64,000 nucleotides of DNA from Clostridia bacterium (GCA_017625435.1 JAGAKX010000057.1:35558-99557), one strand, 5' to 3'; shown: positions 33,881 through 44,368, counted from the stretch's first letter. Notes: a model not told the origin generated them from the letters alone. Numbers and translations are program-made.

Positions 33881-36139
33881 TTATTTCTTCCCTTTTTTAC
33901 CTTTTTTCTTAAAAATAGAGGGCTTTTCTTCCTTCGTATCTGCTATTTCAAAATCCTCGAAAGCAGAAAAGTCTATTTCAAAGCTGTTAATGGGAGCCTT
34001 TTCATCCTTGGGCTCTTCAGCGGAAGCAGCCTCGGGCTCATTTACTTCCTCGGAAAACTCAGAGAAGTCTGAGAAATCGTCACCGAAATCAGCAAAATCG
34101 TCGTCGATTTCCTTTTCGGGAACCTCGGGAAGATGCTCCTCAACGGAATTGACAACAAATGCATCCTTTTCAATATCTGCATTCTTATCGGTAATAACAT
34201 CATTGATAGCTGTTCTGATATTTTCTGCAATTGCAGAGAAATCATCGGCTGAATAGTCAACACCTGAGGTAAATACGGGCTCCTGAGGTTCAACGGGAGC
34301 AGTCTCTTCCTCTTCATTTACCGAAAGAACCTTATCTGAGAAGTCAGATGCCTTGTCGTTATCGTCAATAAATTTTTCAACATCAAAATCTGCGGAAGCT
34401 TCCTTTCCGGTAAAGATGGTTTCTATTTTTTCGGCAGCCTTTGAAACAGAGGTACCCTCTGAATATACTCTTGATTTTTCGAGAACAGCTGAATCGGTCT
34501 CAACCTCTCTTTCCTTGTAAAGACCGTAGATTGAAAGCATCTTTATAACGTCAACGTCCTTGGCTATAGGCTCAAGGTAGGCATCAACATTAATCTGGAA
34601 TACATCGTCGTTATCCTCGAATGCAGGAAGAACGGAAAGTGCTTCCTTCTGAGCGGCAAGCATTTCTTCACTTGCCTTTACCTGCTTTTCAAGGCTTTCT
34701 CTGAGCTGCACGGAACGGCTCTGTACTATATGATAATTCTGTTCAACAGTTGTAATAAGGTCAACAAGCTTCACCTTGAGATTTGTTGCAAGGGATGTCA
34801 TTCTTTCACATTCGTGCTTTGCACCTGAAAGCATTTCAGCAGACTTTGTGCTTGCCTCCTTCATCATAGCATCGGCATTCTTATCTGCATCAAACACCTT
34901 TGAGCGTGCGGTAATGTCTGCACTTTCAAGAATGGATGCACTCTGAGCCTTTGCGGCGGCAAGAATTGATTCAACGGTAGCATCGGCATCGCTGAGAGCT
35001 GTTTTTACCGTGTTTTCCGCATCTGCTACAATTTGCTGAGCCTTGATTTTTGCGGCTTCAAGAAGCTCTTCTGCCTCTCTTCTTGCAGTAAAGTGAATCT
35101 CTTCTCCCATAGCCTTTGCTTCATCAAGAATTGCCTCGGCATTTACCTTTGCGGTTTCTGCTTCCTTTACGGCACCCTCCTTGATGGCGGCAACCTCAGC
35201 CTCTGCACGGGTCTTTGCCTCTTCAATATACATAAAGGAGTTATGGGTGCTTACCTTATTGAGCTCATCCGCCTGCTTCTTTGCCTCTTCAACCATCTGA
35301 ACTGCACGGTTTTCTGCTTCGTCAATAAGCTGAGTTGATGTAATTTTTGCTGTTTCAAGGTTTTCCTTTGCACGGACAACCGCATCCTGAGAATCAGCCT
35401 CTGCCTTTTTAAGAAGAACATCAGCCTGCTCTTTAGCGTTATTTATAAGAGTTTCGGAATACTCCTCGGCAGCACGGGTCAGCTCTTGGGCCTTAAGCTT
35501 TGCATCAGCTATAATCTGCTCGCCTTCGGCATTGGCACCGCTCTTGAGAGCATCTGCTACCTGCTTTGCGTCATTAATCTGAACCTCAGCTTCTGCTTTT
35601 GCCTCTTCAAGGAGCTTTGCAGCCTTGTCGTCACAGTCGGAGAGAAGCTCGTTAACCGATGCCTCAACCTCTGCCTCAACGGAAGCGGCAGATTCTCTTG
35701 CGGCAGCAAGATAGCCGTCTGCCATAACCTTTGCGGACTGAATAATGCTTGTATATTCAGCTTCTGCGGCTGCGGTAATCTTTTCAGCCTTAACATTGGC
35801 GCTGTCTATAATTCCTTCGCCCTTCTGAACAATTTCGGATACCTTTGCGTTTGCATCCACAATAATTGCATCAGCCTGAGACTGTGCATTTGCAATTACA
35901 AGGTCTGCACTCTTCTGAGCATTGAGAAGCACGTCACGGAGAACATTTTCGTCCTTTCTGTACTCATCAAGCTTTGCGGCAAGAACGCTTAACTTTCTTA
36001 TAAGATTGCCGTTTTCCTCGAAAACCTCTTCGTAGTTTGATATTACGGAAGACAATACCTTGTCAACATCATCTGATGAATAGGTATCACCTTCAAGTCT
36101 TTTAAGTTCTATCTGTTTAAGCTGTGCGGGAGTGAGCAT
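33881..36139 (-). CDS. divIVA: DivIVA-domain protein, greatly extended (752 aa) with long Ala/Glu/Lys coiled-coil and acidic DF-rich tail
   Basis: MLTPAQLKQIELKRLEGDTYSSDDVDKVL DivIVA N-domain. Position after sepF as in the Bacillus ylm-divIVA cluster. GAGGAAAGGA RBS. Confidence 0.75.
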   Translation of the reverse strand: MLTPAQLKQIELKRLEGDTYSSDDVDKVLSSVISNYEEVFEENGNLIRKLSVLAAKLDEYRKDENVLRDVLLNAQKSADLVIANAQSQADAIIVDANAKVSEIVQKGEGIIDSANVKAEKITAAAEAEYTSIIQSAKVMADGYLAAARESAASVEAEVEASVNELLSDCDDKAAKLLEEAKAEAEVQINDAKQVADALKSGANAEGEQIIADAKLKAQELTRAAEEYSETLINNAKEQADVLLKKAEADSQDAVVRAKENLETAKITSTQLIDEAENRAVQMVEEAKKQADELNKVSTHNSFMYIEEAKTRAEAEVAAIKEGAVKEAETAKVNAEAILDEAKAMGEEIHFTARREAEELLEAAKIKAQQIVADAENTVKTALSDADATVESILAAAKAQSASILESADITARSKVFDADKNADAMMKEASTKSAEMLSGAKHECERMTSLATNLKVKLVDLITTVEQNYHIVQSRSVQLRESLEKQVKASEEMLAAQKEALSVLPAFEDNDDVFQINVDAYLEPIAKDVDVIKMLSIYGLYKEREVETDSAVLEKSRVYSEGTSVSKAAEKIETIFTGKEASADFDVEKFIDDNDKASDFSDKVLSVNEEEETAPVEPQEPVFTSGVDYSADDFSAIAENIRTAINDVITDKNADIEKDAFVVNSVEEHLPEVPEKEIDDDFADFGDDFSDFSEFSEEVNEPEAASAEEPKDEKAPINSFEIDFSAFEDFEIADTKEEKPSIFKKKGKKGKK

Positions 36140-36182
36140 AATATTCGCATCCTTTCCTCTTTATCAAAAAAACTGTTATATA

Positions 36183-36641
36183 TTAAACAAAAAACATTCC
36201 GTTGCTTTCGAGTTCGTCAAGTAAATCACCCATAACGTCAACATTATAAGGAGTGATGATGTAGGTGTTATTTGCAATCTTCTTGAGCTTGCCGCCGTTA
36301 GCGTAAGCTACACCGCTTAAGAAGCAGAGAAGCTTGCTTGCGTGCTCCTTGGGAGTGTTTTCAAGATTGAGAACAACAGTTCTCTTGTCAAGAAGCTCGT
36401 CAGCAATTGCCGTTGCATCGTCAAAGTTATCGGGAGTCTTGAGAACAACCTGAAGCTTTGCGGTGGTATGGATGTCAACTACCCTTGTTCCGTGGGGAGC
36501 GGGAGCCTGTCTTCTCTCCTGAGAAGCCTGAGCGCGTGCTGATTCTCTCTGAGAGGGCTCATATTCAAGCTCGCCGTCTTCTTCATCAAAATATCCTTCA
36601 TCAATATTGAGTGCCTTTTTAATTTTATCTGTAAGTCCCAT
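36183..36641 (-). CDS. sepF: Cell division protein SepF
   Basis: 152 aa; ...LQVVLKTPDNFDDATAIADELLDKRTVVLNLENT...ITPYNVDV core (DUF552). Confidence 0.9.
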   Translation of the reverse strand: MGLTDKIKKALNIDEGYFDEEDGELEYEPSQRESARAQASQERRQAPAPHGTRVVDIHTTAKLQVVLKTPDNFDDATAIADELLDKRTVVLNLENTPKEHASKLLCFLSGVAYANGGKLKKIANNTYIITPYNVDVMGDLLDELESNGMFFV

Positions 36642-36683
36642 TGTTTTATTTCCTTTCCTATATATACATTATAATTATACACA

Positions 36684-37406
36684 TCAGTAACGTCTTTGCC
36701 CGAAGAGAGCGGAGCCCACACGGACAAGTGTTGCACCTTCAAGAATTGCAGGCACGAAGTCAGAGGACATTCCCATTGAGAGAACGGAAAGCTCTGCCTT
36801 GCCGTGAAGAGCAGAGGCGGTGTCCTCATAAAGCCGTCTTGTTTTTTCAAAGTAGCGTCTGGCTTCCGCTTCATCGCAGACGGGAGGCACACACATAAGT
36901 CCCTTAAGGACAATGCCCTCGGTCTCTGCTGCCTTGTGGGCACACTCCGAAAGAAGACTGACGGGAAGGCCTGTCTTGGCTTCCTCTTCCCCGATATTAA
37001 CTTCAAGAAGAATCTCCATAGTCTTATTATGAAGAATGCATTGCCTTGAAATTTCATCAATAAGAGAAAGACTGTCAACAGACTGTATCATTGATACGGT
37101 GTCTGTGATTTTTCGCACTTTATTTGACTGCAGGTGTCCGATAATATGAATATCGGCCCTGTCTGTCTCTAAGAATTCAAGCTTTGATAAAAGCTCCTGC
37201 ACCTTGTTTTCGCCTATAAGCCGTACACCGAGATTCAGCATATAATTTATCTCGGCAGGTGCTACGGTTTTTGTAACCGCCATTAAGGTGACATCATCGG
37301 GAGTTCTTCCGCTTCTGATTGCGGCTTCCGATATACTGTCGGTTATGCGCTTATAGTTCTCATTAAGATATGAAAGGTCAGTTTTATGTAAGAAGCTTTC
37401 CGTCAT
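36684..37406 (-). CDS. yggS: YggS/YlmE family pyridoxal-phosphate homeostasis protein
   Basis: LMAVTKTV PLP-lysine motif, HIIGHLQSNK and SMGMSSDF. Confidence 0.9.
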   Translation of the reverse strand: MTESFLHKTDLSYLNENYKRITDSISEAAIRSGRTPDDVTLMAVTKTVAPAEINYMLNLGVRLIGENKVQELLSKLEFLETDRADIHIIGHLQSNKVRKITDTVSMIQSVDSLSLIDEISRQCILHNKTMEILLEVNIGEEEAKTGLPVSLLSECAHKAAETEGIVLKGLMCVPPVCDEAEARRYFEKTRRLYEDTASALHGKAELSVLSMGMSSDFVPAILEGATLVRVGSALFGQRRY

Positions 37407-38691
37407 ATAAATCCGTTCCCTCCAATATCATTTCGTCGTAAACAGCAAGATAAGAATCATCGAGAGGCTGAGGCTCCGAAAGAACTATGTTTGCATCGGA
37501 ATAGATAATGTTTACCTTCTTGAAGCTCACAAGATTGCCTTCCTTGACGTAAACACCCTTTTCACCGTCAACCGTTCTTAAAGCCATTCTGTCAACGGCA
37601 ATTCCCGAAACCGAATCAACTCTGATTTTAACCGCCTCGTGCCTCAGGGCTGCAATTTCTTCATTCATTATGTTACTGCGAAGGACAACGGTAAGAACAT
37701 TACTGCCCTCAGTAACATTAACGGCTACAATTTCCATACGAAGGTCATCGGCACTTGAATTGCCGAACATTACCGTAACATAGGACCCGCGGACCTTATT
37801 GCCGAGCTTTTCAACTGTTGTGTTAAATACAAGATACCAGTTAAAGTCAGTAATAAGCTTGCCTACATTTCTCTGAGATACGGTAACGGGCACGGCATTA
37901 AGAAGCATATCGGTATTCTCAGCTTTATAGGAGCTTATGCTGTCATAATCGGCTGCTGTCTCAAAGCCGTCAGCAGAATCAACGTAATAGCCTGCCTGTG
38001 AAACAGTAACTGCCGAGCCTGTTCCCGCAGTTGCCTTTAAGGAATCATATTCAGACTGTAAAGCGGCAATTTTAGGAGAAACATCAATCTCGTCACCTGT
38101 TGCAGACTGTTTTTTCATAATTGCTTCTCTGAGATTTCTGGACAGGTCGTATACAGAGGAAAGGGAATCTGCTTCAACGGCTTCGCTCAGCGAAAAAAGA
38201 GAGGCTGAAACAGAGTTTTTATATACCTCGATATCAGCACCGGGGCTGGAGCCTGCATTGACCGCTATTGTCTTATAGTATTCAATTTCATTTCTGATTT
38301 CTCTGAGCCTTGAGGCGGCAACAGCGGCAGATTCGGAGGCATAGATATTGGCAACCGTATCTCCGATGGAAACCTTGGAGCCGTTATCCACGGCAGGAAC
38401 AACAGTTCCGGAATAAGAGTTATCAATAAGTACTTCTTTTCTGACGGCAAAGCCCTCGGTATCAATGGTTTCATAAACGGTTCTTGAAACAGCTGTCTGA
38501 GTTTTAATCAAAACCCGTGAGCCCTCAAGAGTAATAATGGGATAAATTATAATAAACATCAGAACTGCAACGAAAACCACAGCAAGAATTTTCTTAACCA
38601 AAGGAGAACGTATTTCAATATCAATATTGGTGTTTATATGTCTTTTATTATTCAAGAGCTTCACCTGCCTTGTAAATTTCTGAATTTTCAA
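37384..38691 (-). CDS. HlyD-family membrane-fusion (periplasmic adaptor)-like protein, single N-terminal TM
   Basis: TM ILAVVFVAVLMFIIIYPII, then a lipoyl-like hairpin (GTVVPAVDNGSKVSIGDTVANIY), a coiled-coil segment and a beta-barrel-like C-terminus. The track start is a TTG overlapping miaA by 44 nt; a TTG at 38655 is an alternative. Confidence 0.6.
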   Translation of the reverse strand: MKIQKFTRQVKLLNNKRHINTNIDIEIRSPLVKKILAVVFVAVLMFIIIYPIITLEGSRVLIKTQTAVSRTVYETIDTEGFAVRKEVLIDNSYSGTVVPAVDNGSKVSIGDTVANIYASESAAVAASRLREIRNEIEYYKTIAVNAGSSPGADIEVYKNSVSASLFSLSEAVEADSLSSVYDLSRNLREAIMKKQSATGDEIDVSPKIAALQSEYDSLKATAGTGSAVTVSQAGYYVDSADGFETAADYDSISSYKAENTDMLLNAVPVTVSQRNVGKLITDFNWYLVFNTTVEKLGNKVRGSYVTVMFGNSSADDLRMEIVAVNVTEGSNVLTVVLRSNIMNEEIAALRHEAVKIRVDSVSGIAVDRMALRTVDGEKGVYVKEGNLVSFKKVNIIYSDANIVLSEPQPLDDSYLAVYDEMILEGTDLYDGKLLT

Positions 38692-39622
38692 TGATTCCTA
38701 CTGCATAATCAACCATTTTCTCTGAATTTTCAAAGGTATCGCAGTAAATGTTATGTATATTTTCATTACGTCTGAACCAGGTAAGCTGGCGTTTTGCGTA
38801 ATGTCTTGTTGCCTTTTTAAGATTATCGGCGGCTTCCCGGAGTGTTATCTCGCCTCTCAGGTAGCCTGCAATTTCTTTGTGTCCTATTGCCTGTGCACTT
38901 GTGTTTTCGGGTGAGAGAGAGAAATATTCACGGGCTTCTTCAACAAGTCCGTTTTCAATCATAATATCAACACGGCGGTTGATTCTGTCATAAAGAATTT
39001 CACGGTCCTTGTAATTAAGACAGAAATATAGACTGTTATAGGGTGTAGGAACACTTCTTGAGCGTGCACGAAGGACAGATGGCTTTTCTCCCGTAAGATA
39101 GTAGGTTTCGAGAGCTCTTAATACTCTGCCCTCATTGTTTATATGAAGTGTGTCTGCGGTTTCGGGGTCAATTTCCTGTAATTCACGGTAAATTGCTTCG
39201 ATACCATCTTTTTCACGGCGAAGACGGAGCTTGTTTCTCACTTCGGTGTTATCGGGCTGTTCATCAAAAACAATATTTCCCAAAAGCGAATCAACGTAAA
39301 GACCTGTGCCTCCGCAGATTATGACTTTTTTACCGCGTGAATGAATATCTTTTATAGCTTCAGTTGCATCTTTTATGTACCGTGCAACGGAGTAGGCTTC
39401 CGACGGTTCGAGAAAATCAATCAGGTGATGCGGTACACCCTGCATTTCTTCACGGGTTGGCTTTGCCGATGCAATATCCATCCCTTTATATATCTGCATA
39501 GAGTCCGCTGATACGATTTCCGCTCCTATTCTCTTTGCAAGAGCAACGGAAAAGGCAGTCTTACCCGATGCCGTGGGACCGACAACTGAAATTACGGGAA
39601 TTTTATTTATTACTTCTGACAT
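38648..39622 (-). CDS. miaA: tRNA dimethylallyltransferase
   Basis: VVGPTASGKT P-loop and SADSMQIYKGMDIASAKP motif. Confidence 0.9.
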   Translation of the reverse strand: MSEVINKIPVISVVGPTASGKTAFSVALAKRIGAEIVSADSMQIYKGMDIASAKPTREEMQGVPHHLIDFLEPSEAYSVARYIKDATEAIKDIHSRGKKVIICGGTGLYVDSLLGNIVFDEQPDNTEVRNKLRLRREKDGIEAIYRELQEIDPETADTLHINNEGRVLRALETYYLTGEKPSVLRARSRSVPTPYNSLYFCLNYKDREILYDRINRRVDIMIENGLVEEAREYFSLSPENTSAQAIGHKEIAGYLRGEITLREAADNLKKATRHYAKRQLTWFRRNENIHNIYCDTFENSEKMVDYAVGIIENSEIYKAGEALE

Positions 39623-41680
39623 TTATACTCTTCCGAACTGTTTTTCTATTTCGTGCTTTGAAAGCTCATACATTACGGGTCTGCCGTGAGGGCAATAGCG
39701 TATGCTTTCATCGCTGAGAAGCTTCTCTACAAAAGCTTCGGTTTCTTCCTTTTTAAGTGTATCGCCGGCTTTTATTGCGGCACGGCAGGCTGCAGAATGA
39801 TAAAGCCATTGAAGCTTTTCGGGAACGGGATTACGCTTTCCCTTAAGCAGTTCCCCTGCCATTTCGGTAATTATCAAAGGGATATCCTCCTTGGAAAGCA
39901 CAAGGGGGAAGCCACGTACCACAACGGCACCGTCACCGAAATCCTCCACAAGGAATCCGCCCTTGCGGAATACATCAAGGTTTTCGATAACCGCGGCATA
40001 TTCCTTCCCTGAAAGTGTTACGGAAACGGGCAGAAGAAGCATCTGTGATTCCTCAGAAAAATCCGTTTTTGAAAGACGGTTAAAAATCATTCTCTCGTGG
40101 GCGGCGTGCTTATCAATAATAAGCATCTTTTCACCCTGCTCGATAAGTATGTAGGTCTTGAAAACCTCACCTATGATTCTGTAGACGGGCTTTTCATCCG
40201 AAGTCTTTTCGGGCTCGTGCTTTATAACGGGAGAAACGGGCTTTGAAACGGGAGAAGCGGGAGAGGTAAAGCCTTTATTCTTTTCTTCGGCTTCTTCCTT
40301 TTTTATAAGATGATTAAATACAGATGAGGTATCTCTGAAAACATCCTGTGAAGGTGCAAGAGGAACAGAAAAGGGCTTTACGGTCTGAGCTTTTACCGGA
40401 TTTTCTTCAGGCACATAAGCTTCTTCATTTTTTGCGGAAGTAACGGCAGCCCTGTTCAGAGCTTGCTTGTTATCTGCCCCGATATCAGTTTTTTCAGGTA
40501 AATTGTGGGGCTTTACAGAGGTGAAATCGGGAGCTTTTTTCTCAATAACGGTATTTTCCTCTGTTTTTTGGGGAATGCCTTCCGTCTTCACGGGGGCTGG
40601 CGTTCCTGAAAAGCTCAGCTGTTCTGCCGTGGGCACTTTTTTAGCTGTGATATCACGGCGGTCGCGAAGGCTTACCTCGGGTCTTACCGTATCGCCCTTA
40701 TTAAGAGCTGACCTTGCAGAATAAAATACTGCTTCAAAGACCTTACTGTCCTCAGAAAAACGGATTTCTGTTTTGGCAGGATGAACATTCACGTCAATTT
40801 TTCCTGCAGGTAAATCAATAAACAAGAAGCAGACGGGGAATTTTCCCACCATAATTGAGTTTTTATAGGCTTCATCAAGTGCTGCAGACGCAACGGGAAT
40901 ACGGACATATCTTCCGTTTACGTAAAAATACTGCATATTTCTGTTGGGTCTGTTATTAAGGGGACGGGAAATGAAGCCCTTTATCTTAAAAGAGTTATAT
41001 TCGTAGTCAACGGGGATAAGACTGTCGGAGATTTCCTTACCGAAAACGGAAAATACCGTATCAATGAGATTTCCGTTGCCGGGAGTTGAAAGAACGCTTT
41101 TGCCGTCCTTTATAAGAGTAAACTTAACCCCGGGATGTGAAATTGCAGTCTTTGCAACAACATCGGAAACATAAGAGCCCTCAGTCATATCCTTTTTAAG
41201 GAATTTCATACGGGCAGGGGTGTTATAAAACAAATCCCTGATAATTACCGTGGTGCCCACGGGACAGCCCGTATCATCAAAGGAAATTTCCTCTCCCCCG
41301 TGGATTTCAATTGCTGTTCCCGTCTCGTCTTCCTCGGTTTTAGTAATCATAGAAAGGCGTGATACGGCGGCAATTGAAGGCAGAGCCTCACCGCGGAAGC
41401 CGAGAGTAAAAATAGCGTCAAGGTCTTCACCGGAGCTTATTTTACTTGTTGCGTGGCTGATAAAAGCTGTTCTTACGTCCTCACGGTGGATACCGCAGCC
41501 GTTATCAGTCACACGGATGTACTTCACACCGCCGTTTTTGATTTCGACGGTAATAACGGAAGCACCTGCATCAATTGAATTTTCAATCATTTCCTTAACG
41601 GCAGAGGACGGGCGCTCGACAACCTCGCCTGCAGCTATTAACTCTGCAACGTTTTTCGGTAAAACATTGATTTTTGCCAT
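39623..41680 (-). CDS. mutL: DNA mismatch repair protein MutL
   Basis: IAAGEVVERPSSAVKEMIENSIDAGA GHKL ATPase motif. ATG at 41680 preceded by AAAGGAG; the track start is GTG at 41689. Confidence 0.9.
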   Translation of the reverse strand: MAKINVLPKNVAELIAAGEVVERPSSAVKEMIENSIDAGASVITVEIKNGGVKYIRVTDNGCGIHREDVRTAFISHATSKISSGEDLDAIFTLGFRGEALPSIAAVSRLSMITKTEEDETGTAIEIHGGEEISFDDTGCPVGTTVIIRDLFYNTPARMKFLKKDMTEGSYVSDVVAKTAISHPGVKFTLIKDGKSVLSTPGNGNLIDTVFSVFGKEISDSLIPVDYEYNSFKIKGFISRPLNNRPNRNMQYFYVNGRYVRIPVASAALDEAYKNSIMVGKFPVCFLFIDLPAGKIDVNVHPAKTEIRFSEDSKVFEAVFYSARSALNKGDTVRPEVSLRDRRDITAKKVPTAEQLSFSGTPAPVKTEGIPQKTEENTVIEKKAPDFTSVKPHNLPEKTDIGADNKQALNRAAVTSAKNEEAYVPEENPVKAQTVKPFSVPLAPSQDVFRDTSSVFNHLIKKEEAEEKNKGFTSPASPVSKPVSPVIKHEPEKTSDEKPVYRIIGEVFKTYILIEQGEKMLIIDKHAAHERMIFNRLSKTDFSEESQMLLLPVSVTLSGKEYAAVIENLDVFRKGGFLVEDFGDGAVVVRGFPLVLSKEDIPLIITEMAGELLKGKRNPVPEKLQWLYHSAACRAAIKAGDTLKKEETEAFVEKLLSDESIRYCPHGRPVMYELSKHEIEKQFGRV

Positions 41681-41705
41681 ACCCGGCACTCCTTTCCGTA
41701 GGTTT

Positions 41706-44312
41706 TTATATTATGCGTTTTTTGATTTCGTAAAGCTTCTGCAAAGCTTCTATAGGAGTCAGAGTGTTCACGTCAAGCTCCTTGATTTCCTCTAAGAGCT
41801 CATTATTTGAGCCGGTGAACATACCGAACTGTAAATTTTCCTCAGGGACGGCTTGCTTCTGAACGGATTTCGGAACGGTTGTGACTGCTCCGTTTTCCTC
41901 AAGCTCACGAAGGATTACCTTCGCACGGCTTACAACACTCCCCGGAATACCCGAGAGCTTTGCAACCTCAATACCGTAGCTGCCGTCGGCAGAGCCGCGG
42001 ACAATTCTTCTGAGGAAGGTTATGTCGTCTCCCCTCTTTTTAACAGAGGTGTTGTAGTTTTTAACACCGGGAAGAGTGCCTTCAAGCTCGGTAAGCTCGT
42101 GATAATGTGTTGCAAAAAGGGTTTTTGCACCGATTTTCTTTTTATCGCTTACGTATTCCAGCACCGCACGGGCAATGCTCATACCGTCATAGGTCGAGGT
42201 GCCCCGTCCGATTTCATCAAGAATAATAAGGCTTTTATTTGTAGCATTTGAAAGAATGGAGGAAACCTCACTCATTTCGGTCATAAAGGTTGACTGACCG
42301 CCCACAAGGTCATCGGAGGCACCGACACGTGTAAAGATGCTGTCCACAATACCTATTGTAGCCTTTCTTGCAGGAACAAAGGAGCCAATCTGTGCCATAA
42401 GGACGATTATGGCGGTCTGTCTCATATAGGTTGACTTACCTGCCATATTTGGTCCCGTGATAATAGCCGCACGGTTTTCGTCCCCGTCAAGAAGTGTGTC
42501 ATTGGGCACAAAGGGAGCATCGTCAAGGAATTTTTCCACAACGGGGTGTCTGCCGTCCCTGATATCAATTACATCGCCGAGATTTACCTCGGGACGGACG
42601 TAATTGTTATTCTGCGCAACGTGTGCCAGAGAGCACAAAGCGTCAAGGGTTGCAAGTGAGGATGCCGTATTTCTCAGTCTGAACTGAGCATCAGCTATAC
42701 GGTTTCGGATGTCGGAGAAAAGCTCATATTCAAGCTTTGTAATTCTCTCCTGAGCACCGAGAACCTTAGCTTCAAGCTCCTTAAGCTCGGGGGTAATATA
42801 TCTTTCACAGTTTGAAAGGGTCTGTTTTCTTATATAATGCTCGGGCACATATTCCTTAAAGGAATTAAGCACCTCGATATAGTAGCCGAAAACACGGTTG
42901 TAGCCGATTTTAAGCTTCTTTATGCCGGTTTTTTCCTGCTCCTCGGCTTCGATTCTTGCGAGGAAATCCTTACCGCCGTTTACAATTACACGAAGCTCGT
43001 CAAGCTCCTCGCAGTAGCCGTCAAGTATCATATTTCCCTCTCTTACGGAGAAGGGCGGGTCCTCAACAATTGCGTCACCGATAAGCTCCTTGATTTCATC
43101 GAGAGTATCAAGGGCATCTCTCGTATCGCAAAGCATTGAGCTTCTCACAACAGACAGCATTTCCTTTATTGCGGGAAGGGCTGAAGCGGTGGCATAAAGA
43201 CTTCTGAGCTCCTTGGCATTGGCAGAGCCGTAAACAATTCTTGTAGTAATTCTTTCAAGGTCGTTAATGCCCTTGAGTGCCTCAAAAAGCTCAGCTCTGA
43301 GCTGTGTCAGCTCATAAAGCTCTTCAACGGCATTCTGACGGTAAATGATACCGGAAAGATTAATAAGGGGCTGTTCGACCCAGCTTCTGAGAAGTCTCTT
43401 TCCCATAGCCGTTTTGGTTTTATCAAGCACCCACAGAAGGGAGCCCTTTTTCTCACGTCTTCTCTCAGTTTCCGTAAGCTCAAGATTTCTTCTTGTTACG
43501 GCACCGAGAGAAAGGTATTTTTCGTCATTATATACCTTGATATCGGTAATATTTGCAAGGGAGTTTTTCTGAGTTGAATAAAGATATGTAAGAAGACCGC
43601 CCAGAGCCTTTACTGTTTCGGGAGAATCGGAAAGCCCCATTTCTGAAACGGTCTGTCCGAAGTGCTTTTCTGCAATTTCCCGTGAATCGGAATAAGACTC
43701 CTCATTTCTGACGGATGCGAGAATATCGGTTTTTCTCGAAATATATGCTCTGACGGTTTTGTCGGCAGTCAGCACATCATTACACAGAAGCTCAGAAGGC
43801 GAAAAGCGTGCAAGACCGTTTATAATCTTGTCGCTTAAAGCACCTCCCACCTCGGTGCTGACATAAAGCTCTCCCGTTGAAATATCACAGAAGCACATAC
43901 CTGCCGCGCTGACACCGAGATAAACCGATGCAAGATAGTTATTCTTCTCTTCATCAAGCATTATGCTTTCCGTAACGGTACCGGGGGTGATAACCCTTAT
44001 AACATCACGGGTTACAATGCCCTTTGCCTGAGCGGGGTCCTCGGTCTGCTCACAGACTGCCACCTTGTAGCCCTTTGCAACAAGACGTGCAATATAGGTT
44101 TCGGCAGCGTGAAAAGGAATACCGCACATAGGTGCTCTTTCCTCCTGACCGCAATCTCTGCCCGTAAGGACTAATTCAAGCTCACGGGATGCCGTTTTGG
44201 CGTCCTCGAAAAACATTTCGTAAAAGTCACCGAGACGGTAAAAAAGCAAAGCGTCCTGATACTGTTCTTTAATTTTGAAATACTGCCTCATCATAGGCGT
44301 GTATTCTGCCAT
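41706..44312 (-). CDS. mutS: DNA mismatch repair protein MutS
   Basis: MAEYTPMMRQYFKIKEQY N-terminus and GPNMAGKSTYMRQ Walker A. Confidence 0.95.
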   Translation of the reverse strand: MAEYTPMMRQYFKIKEQYQDALLFYRLGDFYEMFFEDAKTASRELELVLTGRDCGQEERAPMCGIPFHAAETYIARLVAKGYKVAVCEQTEDPAQAKGIVTRDVIRVITPGTVTESIMLDEEKNNYLASVYLGVSAAGMCFCDISTGELYVSTEVGGALSDKIINGLARFSPSELLCNDVLTADKTVRAYISRKTDILASVRNEESYSDSREIAEKHFGQTVSEMGLSDSPETVKALGGLLTYLYSTQKNSLANITDIKVYNDEKYLSLGAVTRRNLELTETERRREKKGSLLWVLDKTKTAMGKRLLRSWVEQPLINLSGIIYRQNAVEELYELTQLRAELFEALKGINDLERITTRIVYGSANAKELRSLYATASALPAIKEMLSVVRSSMLCDTRDALDTLDEIKELIGDAIVEDPPFSVREGNMILDGYCEELDELRVIVNGGKDFLARIEAEEQEKTGIKKLKIGYNRVFGYYIEVLNSFKEYVPEHYIRKQTLSNCERYITPELKELEAKVLGAQERITKLEYELFSDIRNRIADAQFRLRNTASSLATLDALCSLAHVAQNNNYVRPEVNLGDVIDIRDGRHPVVEKFLDDAPFVPNDTLLDGDENRAAIITGPNMAGKSTYMRQTAIIVLMAQIGSFVPARKATIGIVDSIFTRVGASDDLVGGQSTFMTEMSEVSSILSNATNKSLIILDEIGRGTSTYDGMSIARAVLEYVSDKKKIGAKTLFATHYHELTELEGTLPGVKNYNTSVKKRGDDITFLRRIVRGSADGSYGIEVAKLSGIPGSVVSRAKVILRELEENGAVTTVPKSVQKQAVPEENLQFGMFTGSNNELLEEIKELDVNTLTPIEALQKLYEIKKRII

Positions 44313-44368
44313 CTTAAAACTTCCTTGTCCTGAAAATCAACTCTGAAGAACAACAATTCTTCATTTTA

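Noticed and set aside
33338-34256. 244-aa and 130-aa plus-strand ORFs antisense to lspA and the divIVA tail
   Set aside because: They are low-complexity (Ser/Lys/Phe-rich) mirror images of the acidic tail and membrane helices on the coding strand, with no start context.
36479-37078. 199-aa minus-strand ORF spanning the sepF/yggS junction in another frame
   Set aside because: It overlaps two well-supported genes and crosses their intergenic region. Its Arg/Pro/Leu-rich composition is typical of an off-frame read.
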